From positions 892,860 to 956,859 of the forward strand of contig CAWBPL010000002.1 of the NCBI GenBank assembly GCA_963790805.1: DNA of 64,000 bases, in the 5' to 3' direction. The translations under genes were made by a program, and so were the position numbers. The DNA is from Candidatus Gottesmanbacteria bacterium (GTDB lineage: Bacteria > Patescibacteriota > Microgenomatia > UBA10105 > UBA927). Positions 45,648 to 56,925 of this stretch are shown here, in pieces (position 1 is the first letter of the stretch; every line of letters begins with the position of its first letter). The notes beneath the pieces are model-generated. The model ran no database searches and was not told where the DNA came from. It saw only the letters and a program-made list of their open reading frames with translations.

Positions 45648-46340
45648 ATGAGTGTACAAAGCGATCTTCAAAAATTGGCGGATAAAAAGAAAGGGGAATT
45701 TCTTGGGCGGTATTTTAAAACCGGCAAAGGTGAGTATGGTGAAGGGGATATTTTTATCGGCGTGACTGTCCCTAACATTCGGACAATTGCCAAGAAATAT
45801 AAAGATCTTTCGCCTTCTGAAATTGAATTATTGCTGAAAAACAAAATTCATGAATACCGGTTGACCGGACTTATTATCCTTACCTATCAATTTGAGAGGG
45901 GGGATGATGCCAAAAAGAAATTAATTTACGACTTTTACCTCTCCCATACCAAATATATAAACAATTGGGATCTCGTGGATTTGTCATCACATGAAATAGT
46001 CGGCACCTATCTTTTAGAACATCCCAAAGATCGAAAGCTGTTGCTTTCGCTTGCAAAATCCAAAAGCCTGTGGGAACGGCGTATCGCAATGGTGGCGTGC
46101 TATGCGCTTCTTCGCAAAAAACAATTTGACGAGACGTTTGCTGTCGCCCAAATTCTTTTACATGACGAACATGACTTAATTCATAAAGCCGTGGGCTGGA
46201 TGCTGCGGGAGTTGGGGAAGATGGACCAAGATGCGCTGGAAGAATTCCTGAAAAAACATTATAAAACCATGCCGCGGACCATGCTTCGCTACGCGATCGA
46301 AAAGTTCCCCGAGAGCAAACGGAAGTTTTATATGAGCTGA
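45648..46340 (+). CDS. DNA alkylation repair protein (AlkD-like HEAT-repeat glycosylase family)
   Basis: ..YFKTGKGEYGEGDIFIGV.VP..R.IAKKY.. and ..WMLRELGK.. patterns typical of this family. Confidence 0.8.
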   Translation: MSVQSDLQKLADKKKGEFLGRYFKTGKGEYGEGDIFIGVTVPNIRTIAKKYKDLSPSEIELLLKNKIHEYRLTGLIILTYQFERGDDAKKKLIYDFYLSHTKYINNWDLVDLSSHEIVGTYLLEHPKDRKLLLSLAKSKSLWERRIAMVACYALLRKKQFDETFAVAQILLHDEHDLIHKAVGWMLRELGKMDQDALEEFLKKHYKTMPRTMLRYAIEKFPESKRKFYMS

Positions 46341-46513
46341 GTGGGTCCTGTCAGCTGCGTATTCCAGCGATATCCTCATCCCGCACCGAATCAGTGATAG
46401 TGTCTTATCTCGTCTTTTGACCACACACTACCTTTCTAAACATTACGTAGCGATTTGAGAAGCATTCGTGCGGGATTCCGGACTCGCTGGCAGCTTTCGC
46501 AGCTGCCACCCAC
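46341..46513. other. Long imperfect inverted repeat / hairpin (candidate structured ncRNA or MITE-like element)
   Basis: Five perfect helix blocks total 34 bp: 46341-46346/46508-46513 (6 bp), 46352-46359/46498-46505 (8), 46364-46370/46484-46490 (7), 46378-46386/46468-46476 (9), and 46388-46391/46464-46467 (4). They enclose a ~70-nt apical region. Confidence 0.5.
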
Positions 46514-46579
46514 AAAATTAAAAAAATAATATATTGTTTCCCTCGCGCTCTTTGTAAAGCGGGCAGGACCCGCGAAGTT

Positions 46580-46915
46580 TTACGGTTTAATAATTATTCC
46601 CACCACAATAAACAGCTGCATGAAGGCAAGCGTAGTGTTAAGAAACATAATGGATTTCGAGCGGTGGACGAATCCGTAAAATATCCAGAACAGCGAACTT
46701 AGGAAAAACGCGCCCCATGAAATAAGCGATACACCTGCGGAGTTATGATTAATCCATATTTCAATAAGCTGGGGAAGGTTTGCAGCGATCGATAAAAATG
46801 AGGCGGCATAAATAAACCCGTCGAGCATCCGTTTGGTTTTCGCCGAATGCATTTCATTACCATTTGAATGGCTCTTGTGCTGGCGCTGGTGCCAGTGATG
46901 ATATCCGTATGCCAT
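46580..46915 (-). CDS. PQ-loop (SemiSWEET-like) 3-TM membrane protein
   Basis: ..AANLPQLIEIW.. is a PQ motif and three TM helices are present. The His-rich N-terminus makes the start uncertain. Confidence 0.6.
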   Translation of the reverse strand: MAYGYHHWHQRQHKSHSNGNEMHSAKTKRMLDGFIYAASFLSIAANLPQLIEIWINHNSAGVSLISWGAFFLSSLFWIFYGFVHRSKSIMFLNTTLAFMQLFIVVGIIIKP

Positions 46916-47024
46916 ACATACACTATATCATGGAAACGGCTTCCAGACTTCGCAAAATCCGCTCACATGATTCATTCTCAAACTACTATGTTTGTGATAC
47001 CCTAAGAAATAGAAAGACTGCCCT

Positions 47025-47777
47025 ATGAATGTCGCGATTCGCATTCAGCCTGAATATGTCCTTCGACTTTTTGGGTTGCCGGTAACCAACACGCTTTTGA
47101 CAAGCGTGCTTGTTACCGTCGTTTTAGCCGCTATCGCCGTTACTTTTTCCCGACAGGTGCATAAGCCCAAAAGTCTCATCGTCGGAAGCCTTATTCTTCT
47201 TCTTCGCGAATGGCTTAACCGTGTTGACGCCGTCACCCATGACAGGACCATGTCGAAGCGGATTTTTCCGCTTACTGCGACATTTTTTCTTTTTATTTTT
47301 GCGGCAAACGTCTTGGCGCTTCTGCCCGGATTCTTAGGATCGTTTTATGTCGCAAGCGGGAGCGCCCGCATGCCGCTTCTTCGTTCGCCCAATACAGATC
47401 TGTCAACGACGCTGGCGCTTGCCCTTATTTCGGTTGGCGCGACCCAGTATTATTCGCTCAAACGCCTGGGGGTTAGCCGGTTCCTCGGCCGGTTTTTTAA
47501 CTTCAAAAGCCCCTTAAAAGCGACGATCGGATTTTTTGAACTCTTAAGCGAAATCACGCGAATCGTCTCGTTTTCCTTCCGATTATTCGGCAACATGTTT
47601 GCCGGCGAAGTGCTTCTGCTCATTACGGCATTTTTACTTCCGTACGTCGTGCCGCTGCCGTTTATGGTCCTTGAACTGTTCGTCGGATTTATACAGGCGT
47701 TTATTTTTGCGACACTGACACTGGCGTTTATTTCGATGAGTACACAAGCGGCAGAGATTGAATCTGGAAGGAGGTGA
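47025..47777 (+). CDS. atpB: F0F1 ATP synthase subunit a
   Basis: Conserved ..SFSFRLFGNMFAGEVLL.. (essential Arg) and a multi-TM layout. Confidence 0.92.
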   Translation: MNVAIRIQPEYVLRLFGLPVTNTLLTSVLVTVVLAAIAVTFSRQVHKPKSLIVGSLILLLREWLNRVDAVTHDRTMSKRIFPLTATFFLFIFAANVLALLPGFLGSFYVASGSARMPLLRSPNTDLSTTLALALISVGATQYYSLKRLGVSRFLGRFFNFKSPLKATIGFFELLSEITRIVSFSFRLFGNMFAGEVLLLITAFLLPYVVPLPFMVLELFVGFIQAFIFATLTLAFISMSTQAAEIESGRR

Positions 47778-47999
47778 GTGCCTAATATGGGAAATGCAAC
47801 TGCATTTGCTATGGGGGTGGGCACGATTGGACCGGCACTCGCAATCGGTATTATTGGAGCAGCGGCTCTTATGGGGATTGCAAGAAATCCGCAGCATGCT
47901 GACAAAATCCAGACGACGATGATTATCGCAATCGCGTTTGCGGAAGCTATCGCTATTTATGCTTTGGTGGTAGCGCTTCTTTTGAAGTTTATCGCATAA
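47778..47999 (+). CDS. atpE: F0F1 ATP synthase subunit c
   Basis: A helical hairpin with loop ..GIARNPQ.. and carboxylate ..AFAEAIAIY... The start is either GTG at 47778 or ATG at 47787. Confidence 0.9.
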   Translation: MPNMGNATAFAMGVGTIGPALAIGIIGAAALMGIARNPQHADKIQTTMIIAIAFAEAIAIYALVVALLLKFIA

Positions 48000-48005
48000 G
48001 AGTTT

Positions 48006-48755
48006 ATGGAAGTATTAGGAAAACTCGGTATCGATGTGTGGTTAATAGTTGCACAAATTATCAATTTTGTGCTTTTGTTGTGGATTCTTAAAAAATACGT
48101 TTACAAGCCGCTTCTTACCCGTTTGGAGCGGGAGGAAAAAGAACGGAAGCAACTTATTGACGATGCCGAGAAAATTTCTCAGGATAAAAAAAATATTGAT
48201 ACGGATCGGGAAGCAGCGGTTGCCGAGGCGAAAAAGAAGTCGGAAGAAATTCTTGAGGAGGCCGAGCGCATTGCCGACGAAGTAAAACGGACGATCCGAA
48301 CGGAAGCCGAGGATTCCAAAAAATTTCTGCTCGCGCAGGCTGCCGAACAGGTAAAAGCCGAAATATCAGCGGTCCGCGATGAGGAAAAAAGAAAATTGCT
48401 TGAAACGGTGCGCGGACGGCTCGGCGACACCATTGCAAAAATGCGTGAAAGCGGGGTAGTGAAGGAACTGCAAAGAAAATACGTTGATGCGATGATATCG
48501 GAAATTGCTTCGCTAACGCTTGCCAACAGCCAAAACGTGCAAAGCGTCGTTCTCGAATGCGGGGCTGCGGCCGACGGCGGCGACATTGAGCGAATAAAAA
48601 ACGCGCTCAGGGACAAACTCGGGCACGATATACATCTTGAAACGAAAGAGCGCGAGGATTTGATCGCGGGATTTCGCATAGAAATTGACGGGTATCAGTT
48701 AAACCACAATCTTTTGGAAGATATCACGTATGCCACACACAACGAGACACCGTAA
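48006..48755 (+). CDS. atpF: F0F1 ATP synthase subunit b fused to a delta (OSCP) C-terminal-like domain
   Basis: An N-terminal TM and a long charged coiled coil form the b part. The C-terminal ~100 aa (..LRDKLGHDIHLETKEREDLIAGFRIEIDGYQLNHNLLEDI) resembles the delta C-terminal domain. No separate atpH is present. Confidence 0.7.
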   Translation: MEVLGKLGIDVWLIVAQIINFVLLLWILKKYVYKPLLTRLEREEKERKQLIDDAEKISQDKKNIDTDREAAVAEAKKKSEEILEEAERIADEVKRTIRTEAEDSKKFLLAQAAEQVKAEISAVRDEEKRKLLETVRGRLGDTIAKMRESGVVKELQRKYVDAMISEIASLTLANSQNVQSVVLECGAAADGGDIERIKNALRDKLGHDIHLETKEREDLIAGFRIEIDGYQLNHNLLEDITYATHNETP

Positions 48756-50204
48756 GGAAGTCGGACACATTGAAACTCTTTTTGCCGGTGTGGCAACAGT
48801 GTCGGGGTTACCTCACGTTTTTACCAACGAAGTCCTCGTTGATGCTGACGGACAGGGCGTCGGGTTGGTGGTCGGATTTGATGTGAATGTAGTTGAAGTC
48901 CTTTTATTTCATGAGCGCATATCGCCGAGTGCATCGCTTTATAGAAGCGAGAAAGAAATTTCGATTCCCATAAGCGACGCGTATATCGGGCGTGTCGTCA
49001 ACGGATTTGGTCAGGCCATAGACGGGCTGGCGCCGATCAACGGTGATGAGAAGTCGTTGTTTTCCCCAGCCGTGCCTATTATTGACCGCGAACCGGTGAC
49101 CATGCCCGTGACCACAGGAATAAAAATTATCGATACGACGCTGCCGATCGGACGGGGGCAGCGGGAACTTCTGATCGGTGACCGGAAATTGGGGAAAAGT
49201 ACGCTGGCCCAAGATATGGTTTTACATCAGCGCCGGGCGGATCCGGCCGTTTATTGCATATATACGCTTATCGGCCAGCCGGCGCGCAAACTCGAGGAGA
49301 TGATTCGCCTCTTTGAAGAGCGCGGAGCATTCCGGTACTCAATGATCGTGGCGGCTCCAGCAAGCGACAGTTATGCGGCGCAGTATCTGGCTCCGTTTGT
49401 GGCATGTACGATTGCCGAACATATCCGAGGGAAAGGGCAGGATGCGCTTGTTGTTTATGATGATCTCACGCGCCACGCGAACGTGTACCGCGATACCGCG
49501 CTTCTTTTTGGCAGAGCTCCCGGCCGCGAGGCGTATCCGGGTGATGTGTTTTCTCTTCATGCCCAGCTTCTGGAACGGGCCGGGTAAACGCGCAGCAGGT
49601 AAAGGCGGGGGATCTGTAACTGCCATTCCCATTGTCGAGACGCAGGAAGGAGATATCACATCATTCATTGCGACGAACATCATTTCCATAACCGACGGAC
49701 AGATTTATCTGGAACGGGGACTGTATCAGAAAGGATACATTCCGGCTATAAACGTCGGCCTGTCGGTTTCGCGCGTCGGATCTCAGGCGCAGCATAAGGC
49801 GCTCAAAGAGGTGACCTCAGGCTTCGTTTAGCCCTTGCGCAGCAAAAAGAGCTTCAAAAGCTGACGCAGCTTGAGACCGTGATAAGCCGTCAGTCCCAGA
49901 AAAAAATTTATCGCGGAGAGCTTATTCTTGAGCTTCTTAAGCAGAATAAACACGAAACGATTCCGTGGGCTGAACAGGTGGTGCTTTTTTATCTGGTCGA
50001 AGAAGGATATTTTGATGACCTCAAACACGATGAGTGGAGCGATTTCGAACGGCATCTGCGGGAGCTTATGAGAAGCCGATATAGCGACGTACTTTCTTCA
50101 ATCCACAGTAAAGATTTTAACGATGAATTGAAAAAACGGATTGTAGACATAGCGACCGATGTAAAACAGGAATTTTTAACGAGTGAACGGGGTGGCGAGA
50201 CCGT

Positions 50205-50208
<4 letters not shown>
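48730..50208 (+). pseudogene. atpA: F0F1 ATP synthase subunit alpha interrupted by two compensating frameshifts (apparent pseudogene, assembly error, or recoding)
   Basis: Alpha homology is continuous across three frames. The first segment, 48730-49584, includes GDRKLGKST and ..[22 protein letters not shown]. The second, 49586-~49822 in the +1 frame, reads [39 protein letters not shown]... The third, ~49822-50208, is back in the original frame ([11 protein letters not shown]...). Confidence 0.85.
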
Positions 50209-52680
<2,472 letters not shown>

Positions 52681-52715
52681 TTGTCTTCGTTTAATCTTTG
52701 GAGCATAATAAAGGG

Positions 52716-53675
52716 ATGAAATCGATTTGGCAGACGCTTCCCAAGCCTGTTTTTATTCTGGCTCCGATGGAAGATGTCACCGACACGGTGTTCCGGCAGA
52801 TTGTGGCTTCCTGCGCGCGCCCCGACGTGTTTTTTACCGAGTTTACCAATGTCGACGGTATGCAGTCTGTGGGGAAAGAGGTCGTCTCGCACAGGCTGCG
52901 GTTTACTAAAATGGAACACCCGCTTATCGCCCAACTCTGGGGAAGTAAACCGGAAAATTATTTGAAGACGGCAAAACTTCTCGTTGAAGTGGGAATTGAT
53001 GGCATTGACATCAATATGGGGTGCCCGCAAAAGAAAGTCACGTCTCATGGCGGGTGTGCGGCGCTTATCAACAATCCCTCGCTTGCGAAAGAAATCATTC
53101 TGGCCGCAAAAGAGGGAGTAGGAGGCAAGATTCCGGTGAGCGTCAAAACGCGGATAGGATTTAAAACAATTATCACCGAAGAGTGGATTTCGTTTCTTTT
53201 ATCCTCCGGCATCGACGCGTTGACTGTCCACGGAAGAACGGTCGCCGAAATGTCCAAAGTTCCGGCTCACTGGGATGAAATCGGTAAAGCCGTAGATATT
53301 CGGAATCGTATGAACGTTAAAACTGTTATTATCGGCAACGGGGATGTTGTTGATGTTGCCGACGGGATAAGAAAGGTGAATGAGTATGGCGTTGACGGCG
53401 TTATGATCGGACGGGGGATATTTGAAAACCCGTGGGCATTTGATCGATCCGGTCATAACCCTACAATTCATGAATTATTGATGCTTATGAAAAAGCACAT
53501 TGAACTTTTTGAAAAAACGTGGGGGAAAGAAAAAAGTTTTGTGATACTTCGAAAATTCTTTAAAATTTATATTAAGGGATTTGACGGAGCCTCAGAATAT
53601 CGCGCGCGCGTCATGACAGCACGGTCGTCCTCTGACGTATATCCGGTCATTGACGAATTACTGACCCATTTTTGA
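52716..53675 (+). CDS. dus: tRNA-dihydrouridine synthase
   Basis: ..FILAPMEDVTD..FR.., ..DINMGCPQKKV.. (catalytic Cys), and ..LTVHGRT... Confidence 0.9.
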   Translation: MKSIWQTLPKPVFILAPMEDVTDTVFRQIVASCARPDVFFTEFTNVDGMQSVGKEVVSHRLRFTKMEHPLIAQLWGSKPENYLKTAKLLVEVGIDGIDINMGCPQKKVTSHGGCAALINNPSLAKEIILAAKEGVGGKIPVSVKTRIGFKTIITEEWISFLLSSGIDALTVHGRTVAEMSKVPAHWDEIGKAVDIRNRMNVKTVIIGNGDVVDVADGIRKVNEYGVDGVMIGRGIFENPWAFDRSGHNPTIHELLMLMKKHIELFEKTWGKEKSFVILRKFFKIYIKGFDGASEYRARVMTARSSSDVYPVIDELLTHF

Positions 53676-53716
53676 CCTATTTTTCTTCTTCGTTTTGGAT
53701 GATACAATTTTGAGAT

Positions 53717-54250
53717 ATGAATACAACTGATGGTTCGTCTGTTCCTGATGAGAAGTGTCCGAAATGCGGAAGCGCGCTTGGCGAGGTGGTTACGACCCCG
53801 ACGGGGAAAAAACTTCGAAGATGTACGGCCGGCACATGGAATGCCGAAATGCACAAAACAGAAGGGTGCGATTACATCAAATGGCTCCCCGTTGAGCCTC
53901 AAACGCTTGATGAGAAATGTCCGAAATGCGGCTCACCTTTACTTCTTGTTGTGACACGGTTCGGCAAAAAGATGAAAAAGTGCAGTACGAACGTGTGGGA
54001 TCCGGCTGCAAAAAAAGCCAGCGGCTGTGATTATGTTGAATGGATAAACGGTACCACCGTGCCGCTGGATGAGGAATGTCCTGAATGCGGATCCAAGCTT
54101 GTCCTCTATACCACGGCCGCAGGGAAACGGATGAAAAAATGCAGTACTGCCGGATGGGACAGGGAGAAACGTGTTGCAACGGGCTGCACGTACGTCCAGT
54201 GGCTCAAGGCCGGCGAACAGCTTGAGCAGCCGCCACCGCCCGAAGAATAA
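53717..54250 (+). CDS. Protein made of three tandem topoisomerase-type C4 zinc-ribbon repeats
   Basis: The unit DE(K/E)CP(K/E)CGS.L....T..GK(K/R)(L/M)(R/K)(R/K)C(T/S)...W........GC.Y(I/V).W occurs three times, each ~55 aa. A Pro/Glu tail follows. Confidence 0.65.
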   Translation: MNTTDGSSVPDEKCPKCGSALGEVVTTPTGKKLRRCTAGTWNAEMHKTEGCDYIKWLPVEPQTLDEKCPKCGSPLLLVVTRFGKKMKKCSTNVWDPAAKKASGCDYVEWINGTTVPLDEECPECGSKLVLYTTAAGKRMKKCSTAGWDREKRVATGCTYVQWLKAGEQLEQPPPPEE

Positions 54251-54253
54251 GTT

Positions 54254-54883
54254 ATGAATCCAGTCATAGACGCGCTTTTCCGCCAGACTGTCAAATGGCG
54301 AAATACCATTGTTAAACTATTCCGGATATTTTACGCACTCCAGCTGGTACTGCTGTTTTTTGAATACCGTGTGTTTGTACTTGGGCAGGGAAACTACGAT
54401 CTGTTTTATGAAATCGGTAAAAAATGCGCTGAGGCAGCGATACTTTTATTTATTGCGACAGTTATTCCCGGCATGGCGCGACGCTTCGGCATTTCTCACA
54501 AGCTCGTCTCGATTCTCATGACGTTTCGCAGGTATTCAGGTATCGCGTGTTTTATGTTTGTCGTTAACCACTTGTCGGCGGTCTGGCTTTTTCCGTCAAT
54601 CGGCAGCGGCGGGTTGTTTATTCCTACGCGTGGATTTGAGCTGTTCGGGGTGATTGCCGCCATTCTTTTATTTTTTCTTTTTGTAACATCCAACGACGTC
54701 AGCGTAAAGTTGTTAGGTGACTGGTGGACACGAATTCATAAGCTCACGTATATTGTTATGTGGGTTGTTTTACTCCACGTTATGTTTCAGGGGCGGGGCG
54801 CGTGGGCATTCCTCATCGGAATCACGAGCGTTGTGGAGGTTATCTCATTCGTCGCTGTGAAAAACAGACGGGCGCGCCTATAG
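54254..54883 (+). CDS. Ferric-reductase-like transmembrane domain protein (MsrQ/YedZ-like)
   Basis: ~6 TM helices, with conserved His positions (..VVNHLSAV.., ..RIHKLTYIVMWVVLLHVMF). Confidence 0.45.
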   Translation: MNPVIDALFRQTVKWRNTIVKLFRIFYALQLVLLFFEYRVFVLGQGNYDLFYEIGKKCAEAAILLFIATVIPGMARRFGISHKLVSILMTFRRYSGIACFMFVVNHLSAVWLFPSIGSGGLFIPTRGFELFGVIAAILLFFLFVTSNDVSVKLLGDWWTRIHKLTYIVMWVVLLHVMFQGRGAWAFLIGITSVVEVISFVAVKNRRARL

Positions 54884-54893
54884 GTAATTGTGT

Positions 54894-55463
54894 ATGGATA
54901 TAATCGCCGAAAAAGAAATTCTTCGAAAACGCATGATGGAATTGCGAAATTTCCTGTTGCCGGTTGAACGCGAAGCGGCAAGTAAAAAAATAGAAGAAAC
55001 CGTTCTTGCGCATGCGGAAATAAAAGAGGCGGCCATTATATCGACCTACGTTTCACTTCCCGAGGAAGTTGACACACGCTCGTTGATCCGAAAACTTCTG
55101 GAGATGGATAAAACAGTCATGGTGCCGAAAATGATAGGTCAGCGCACAATGGTGCTTCAGAAAATTTCAACACTCGCCGATCTGGTCAAAGGACCATTTG
55201 GTATACTGGAACCCAAAAAAACATGTCCAGTCGTTGATCCGTTGTCTGTCCAGCTTTTTATTGTGCCGGGTGTGGCGTTTGATGCGTCAGGACATCGGCT
55301 CGGCCGCGGGCGGGGGTATTACGATTCGCTTCTTGCCAATCTTGGAGCTCCAAGAATAGCGCTTGCATTTCGTTGCCAGCTGGTTGCGCAAGTTCCCGTA
55401 ACATCGTATGATATTTCGATGACGGCGATTATTACGGAAGAAGAAACTATAATCATGCGATAA
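54894..55463 (+). CDS. 5-formyltetrahydrofolate cyclo-ligase
   Basis: ..LFIVPGVAFDASGHRLGRGRGYYDS.. is the MTHFS signature. Confidence 0.88.
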   Translation: MDIIAEKEILRKRMMELRNFLLPVEREAASKKIEETVLAHAEIKEAAIISTYVSLPEEVDTRSLIRKLLEMDKTVMVPKMIGQRTMVLQKISTLADLVKGPFGILEPKKTCPVVDPLSVQLFIVPGVAFDASGHRLGRGRGYYDSLLANLGAPRIALAFRCQLVAQVPVTSYDISMTAIITEEETIIMR

Positions 55464-55471
55464 GGAGGACC

Positions 55472-56431
55472 ATGATATCAACAAACGATCACACACATCC
55501 CGAATACCAATATTTGGATCTCATGAAGGAAATCATGGATCACGGTCAGTGGAAAATAAGCCACTCGACCGGAGTGAAATTAAAAAGCGTGTTCGGCCGC
55601 ATATGCCGCTACGATTTGTCCAAAGGATTTCCGGTACTGACTACCAAGAAAGTATTTACGAGGGGAATCATCCATGAGCTTCTGTGGTTTTTATCGGGTT
55701 CCAGTAACATCAAATATCTGGTTGATAACAACGTTCACATCTGGGACGAGTGGGCATATAAAAAATATACGTGGGCGGTAGCCGAAAAAAAGGCCAAGCC
55801 AATGACATATGAATTGTTTATGCAAAATGCGCAGACCGATCCGAAATTTCTGAAAAAATGGGGGGAGTTGGGGCCGGTTTACGGCGTCCAGTGGAGGAAG
55901 TGGCCGGTTGACCATAAACGGACAGTCGATCAGCTCGGGTGGGCGATTGAGAAAATTAAAAAGTATCCGATGAAAAAACATTACATTATCTCCGCGTGGA
56001 ATGCCGGATGCATTTACGAAATGTCAGGGAGCCACAGCGCCAGCATGGTGATAGCGCCCTGTCATACGATGTATCACATCAATATCACGGGCGATAAATT
56101 ATCCTTATTACTGTATCAGCGAAGCGCAGATTTATTTCTTGGGGTTCCGTTTAACATCGCGTCCTATGCATTGCTAACGATGATGCTGGCTCAGGTGACA
56201 GGGTATAAAGCCGGCGAATTTGTGCACGTATTCGGCGACGTGCACATCTATGAAAACCATTATGACCAGTGCAAGGAACAGCTCTCGCGAACTCCGCGGC
56301 AGTTTCCGACGATGAAGATCAATCCAAAAGTGAAAAATATCGACGATTTCAAATTTGAAGATTTTGAACTCGTCGGCTATGATCCGCATCCGCCGATTAA
56401 AGGAGAAATCACCGTTGTTGGAGGATTTTAA
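55472..56431 (+). CDS. thyA: Thymidylate synthase (ThyA)
   Basis: ..EYQYLDLMKEI.., ..ELLWFLSG.., ..IAPCHTMY.. (catalytic Cys), and ..LYQRSADLFLGVPFNIASYALL... Confidence 0.97.
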   Translation: MISTNDHTHPEYQYLDLMKEIMDHGQWKISHSTGVKLKSVFGRICRYDLSKGFPVLTTKKVFTRGIIHELLWFLSGSSNIKYLVDNNVHIWDEWAYKKYTWAVAEKKAKPMTYELFMQNAQTDPKFLKKWGELGPVYGVQWRKWPVDHKRTVDQLGWAIEKIKKYPMKKHYIISAWNAGCIYEMSGSHSASMVIAPCHTMYHINITGDKLSLLLYQRSADLFLGVPFNIASYALLTMMLAQVTGYKAGEFVHVFGDVHIYENHYDQCKEQLSRTPRQFPTMKINPKVKNIDDFKFEDFELVGYDPHPPIKGEITVVGGF

Positions 56432-56925
56432 TGCTGTCGATTATTGCCGTTATCGGAAAAAACAGGGAGCTCGGGGAAAAAAATCAACTCCTGTGGCACG
56501 TGCCCGGCGACCTGCCGAGATTTAAAAAATTAACAATGGGCCATCCCGTTATCATGGGCAGGAAAACGCATTCCACGTTTCAATATAAAGGGGGACCGCT
56601 TCCCGGAAGAACGAACATTGTCATAACCCATGACCTTCAATATAAGAAAGAGGGATTTGTTATTGTTCATTCGTTTGAAGAAGCACTTGAAATAGCGAAA
56701 AAATCTCAGGGTTCTGAAGAAATATTTATTATTGGCGGGGGACAGATATATGCCCAAGCGATAAATAAAGCGGACAGGATTTATCTTACCGTCGTCGATG
56801 CCCGCGCATCCAGCGCTGATACTTTTTTCCCTGATTATTCACGGTTTTCAAAAGTTATTTTCCAAGAACTACATGAAGAGGAAGGAATTAAATTCACGTA
56901 TTTGACATTAGAGCGAACTATTTAA
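56431..56925 (+). CDS. folA: Dihydrofolate reductase
   Basis: ..LLWHVPGDLPRFKKLTMGHPVIMGRKT.. and ..IIGGGQIY..; a TAATG overlap with thyA. Confidence 0.93.
   Translation: MLSIIAVIGKNRELGEKNQLLWHVPGDLPRFKKLTMGHPVIMGRKTHSTFQYKGGPLPGRTNIVITHDLQYKKEGFVIVHSFEEALEIAKKSQGSEEIFIIGGGQIYAQAINKADRIYLTVVDARASSADTFFPDYSRFSKVIFQELHEEEGIKFTYLTLERTI

Noticed and set aside
49582-49588. A programmed +1 frameshift at GGG UAA A in atpA, analogous to the prfB CUU UGA C site.
   Set aside because: No SD-like stimulator lies upstream, the site is a G homopolymer prone to indel errors, and the required second (-1) shift at 49817-49824 has no slippery heptamer. An indel artefact or a recent mutation is the simpler explanation. 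I kept it as a finding, but not as a recoding claim.
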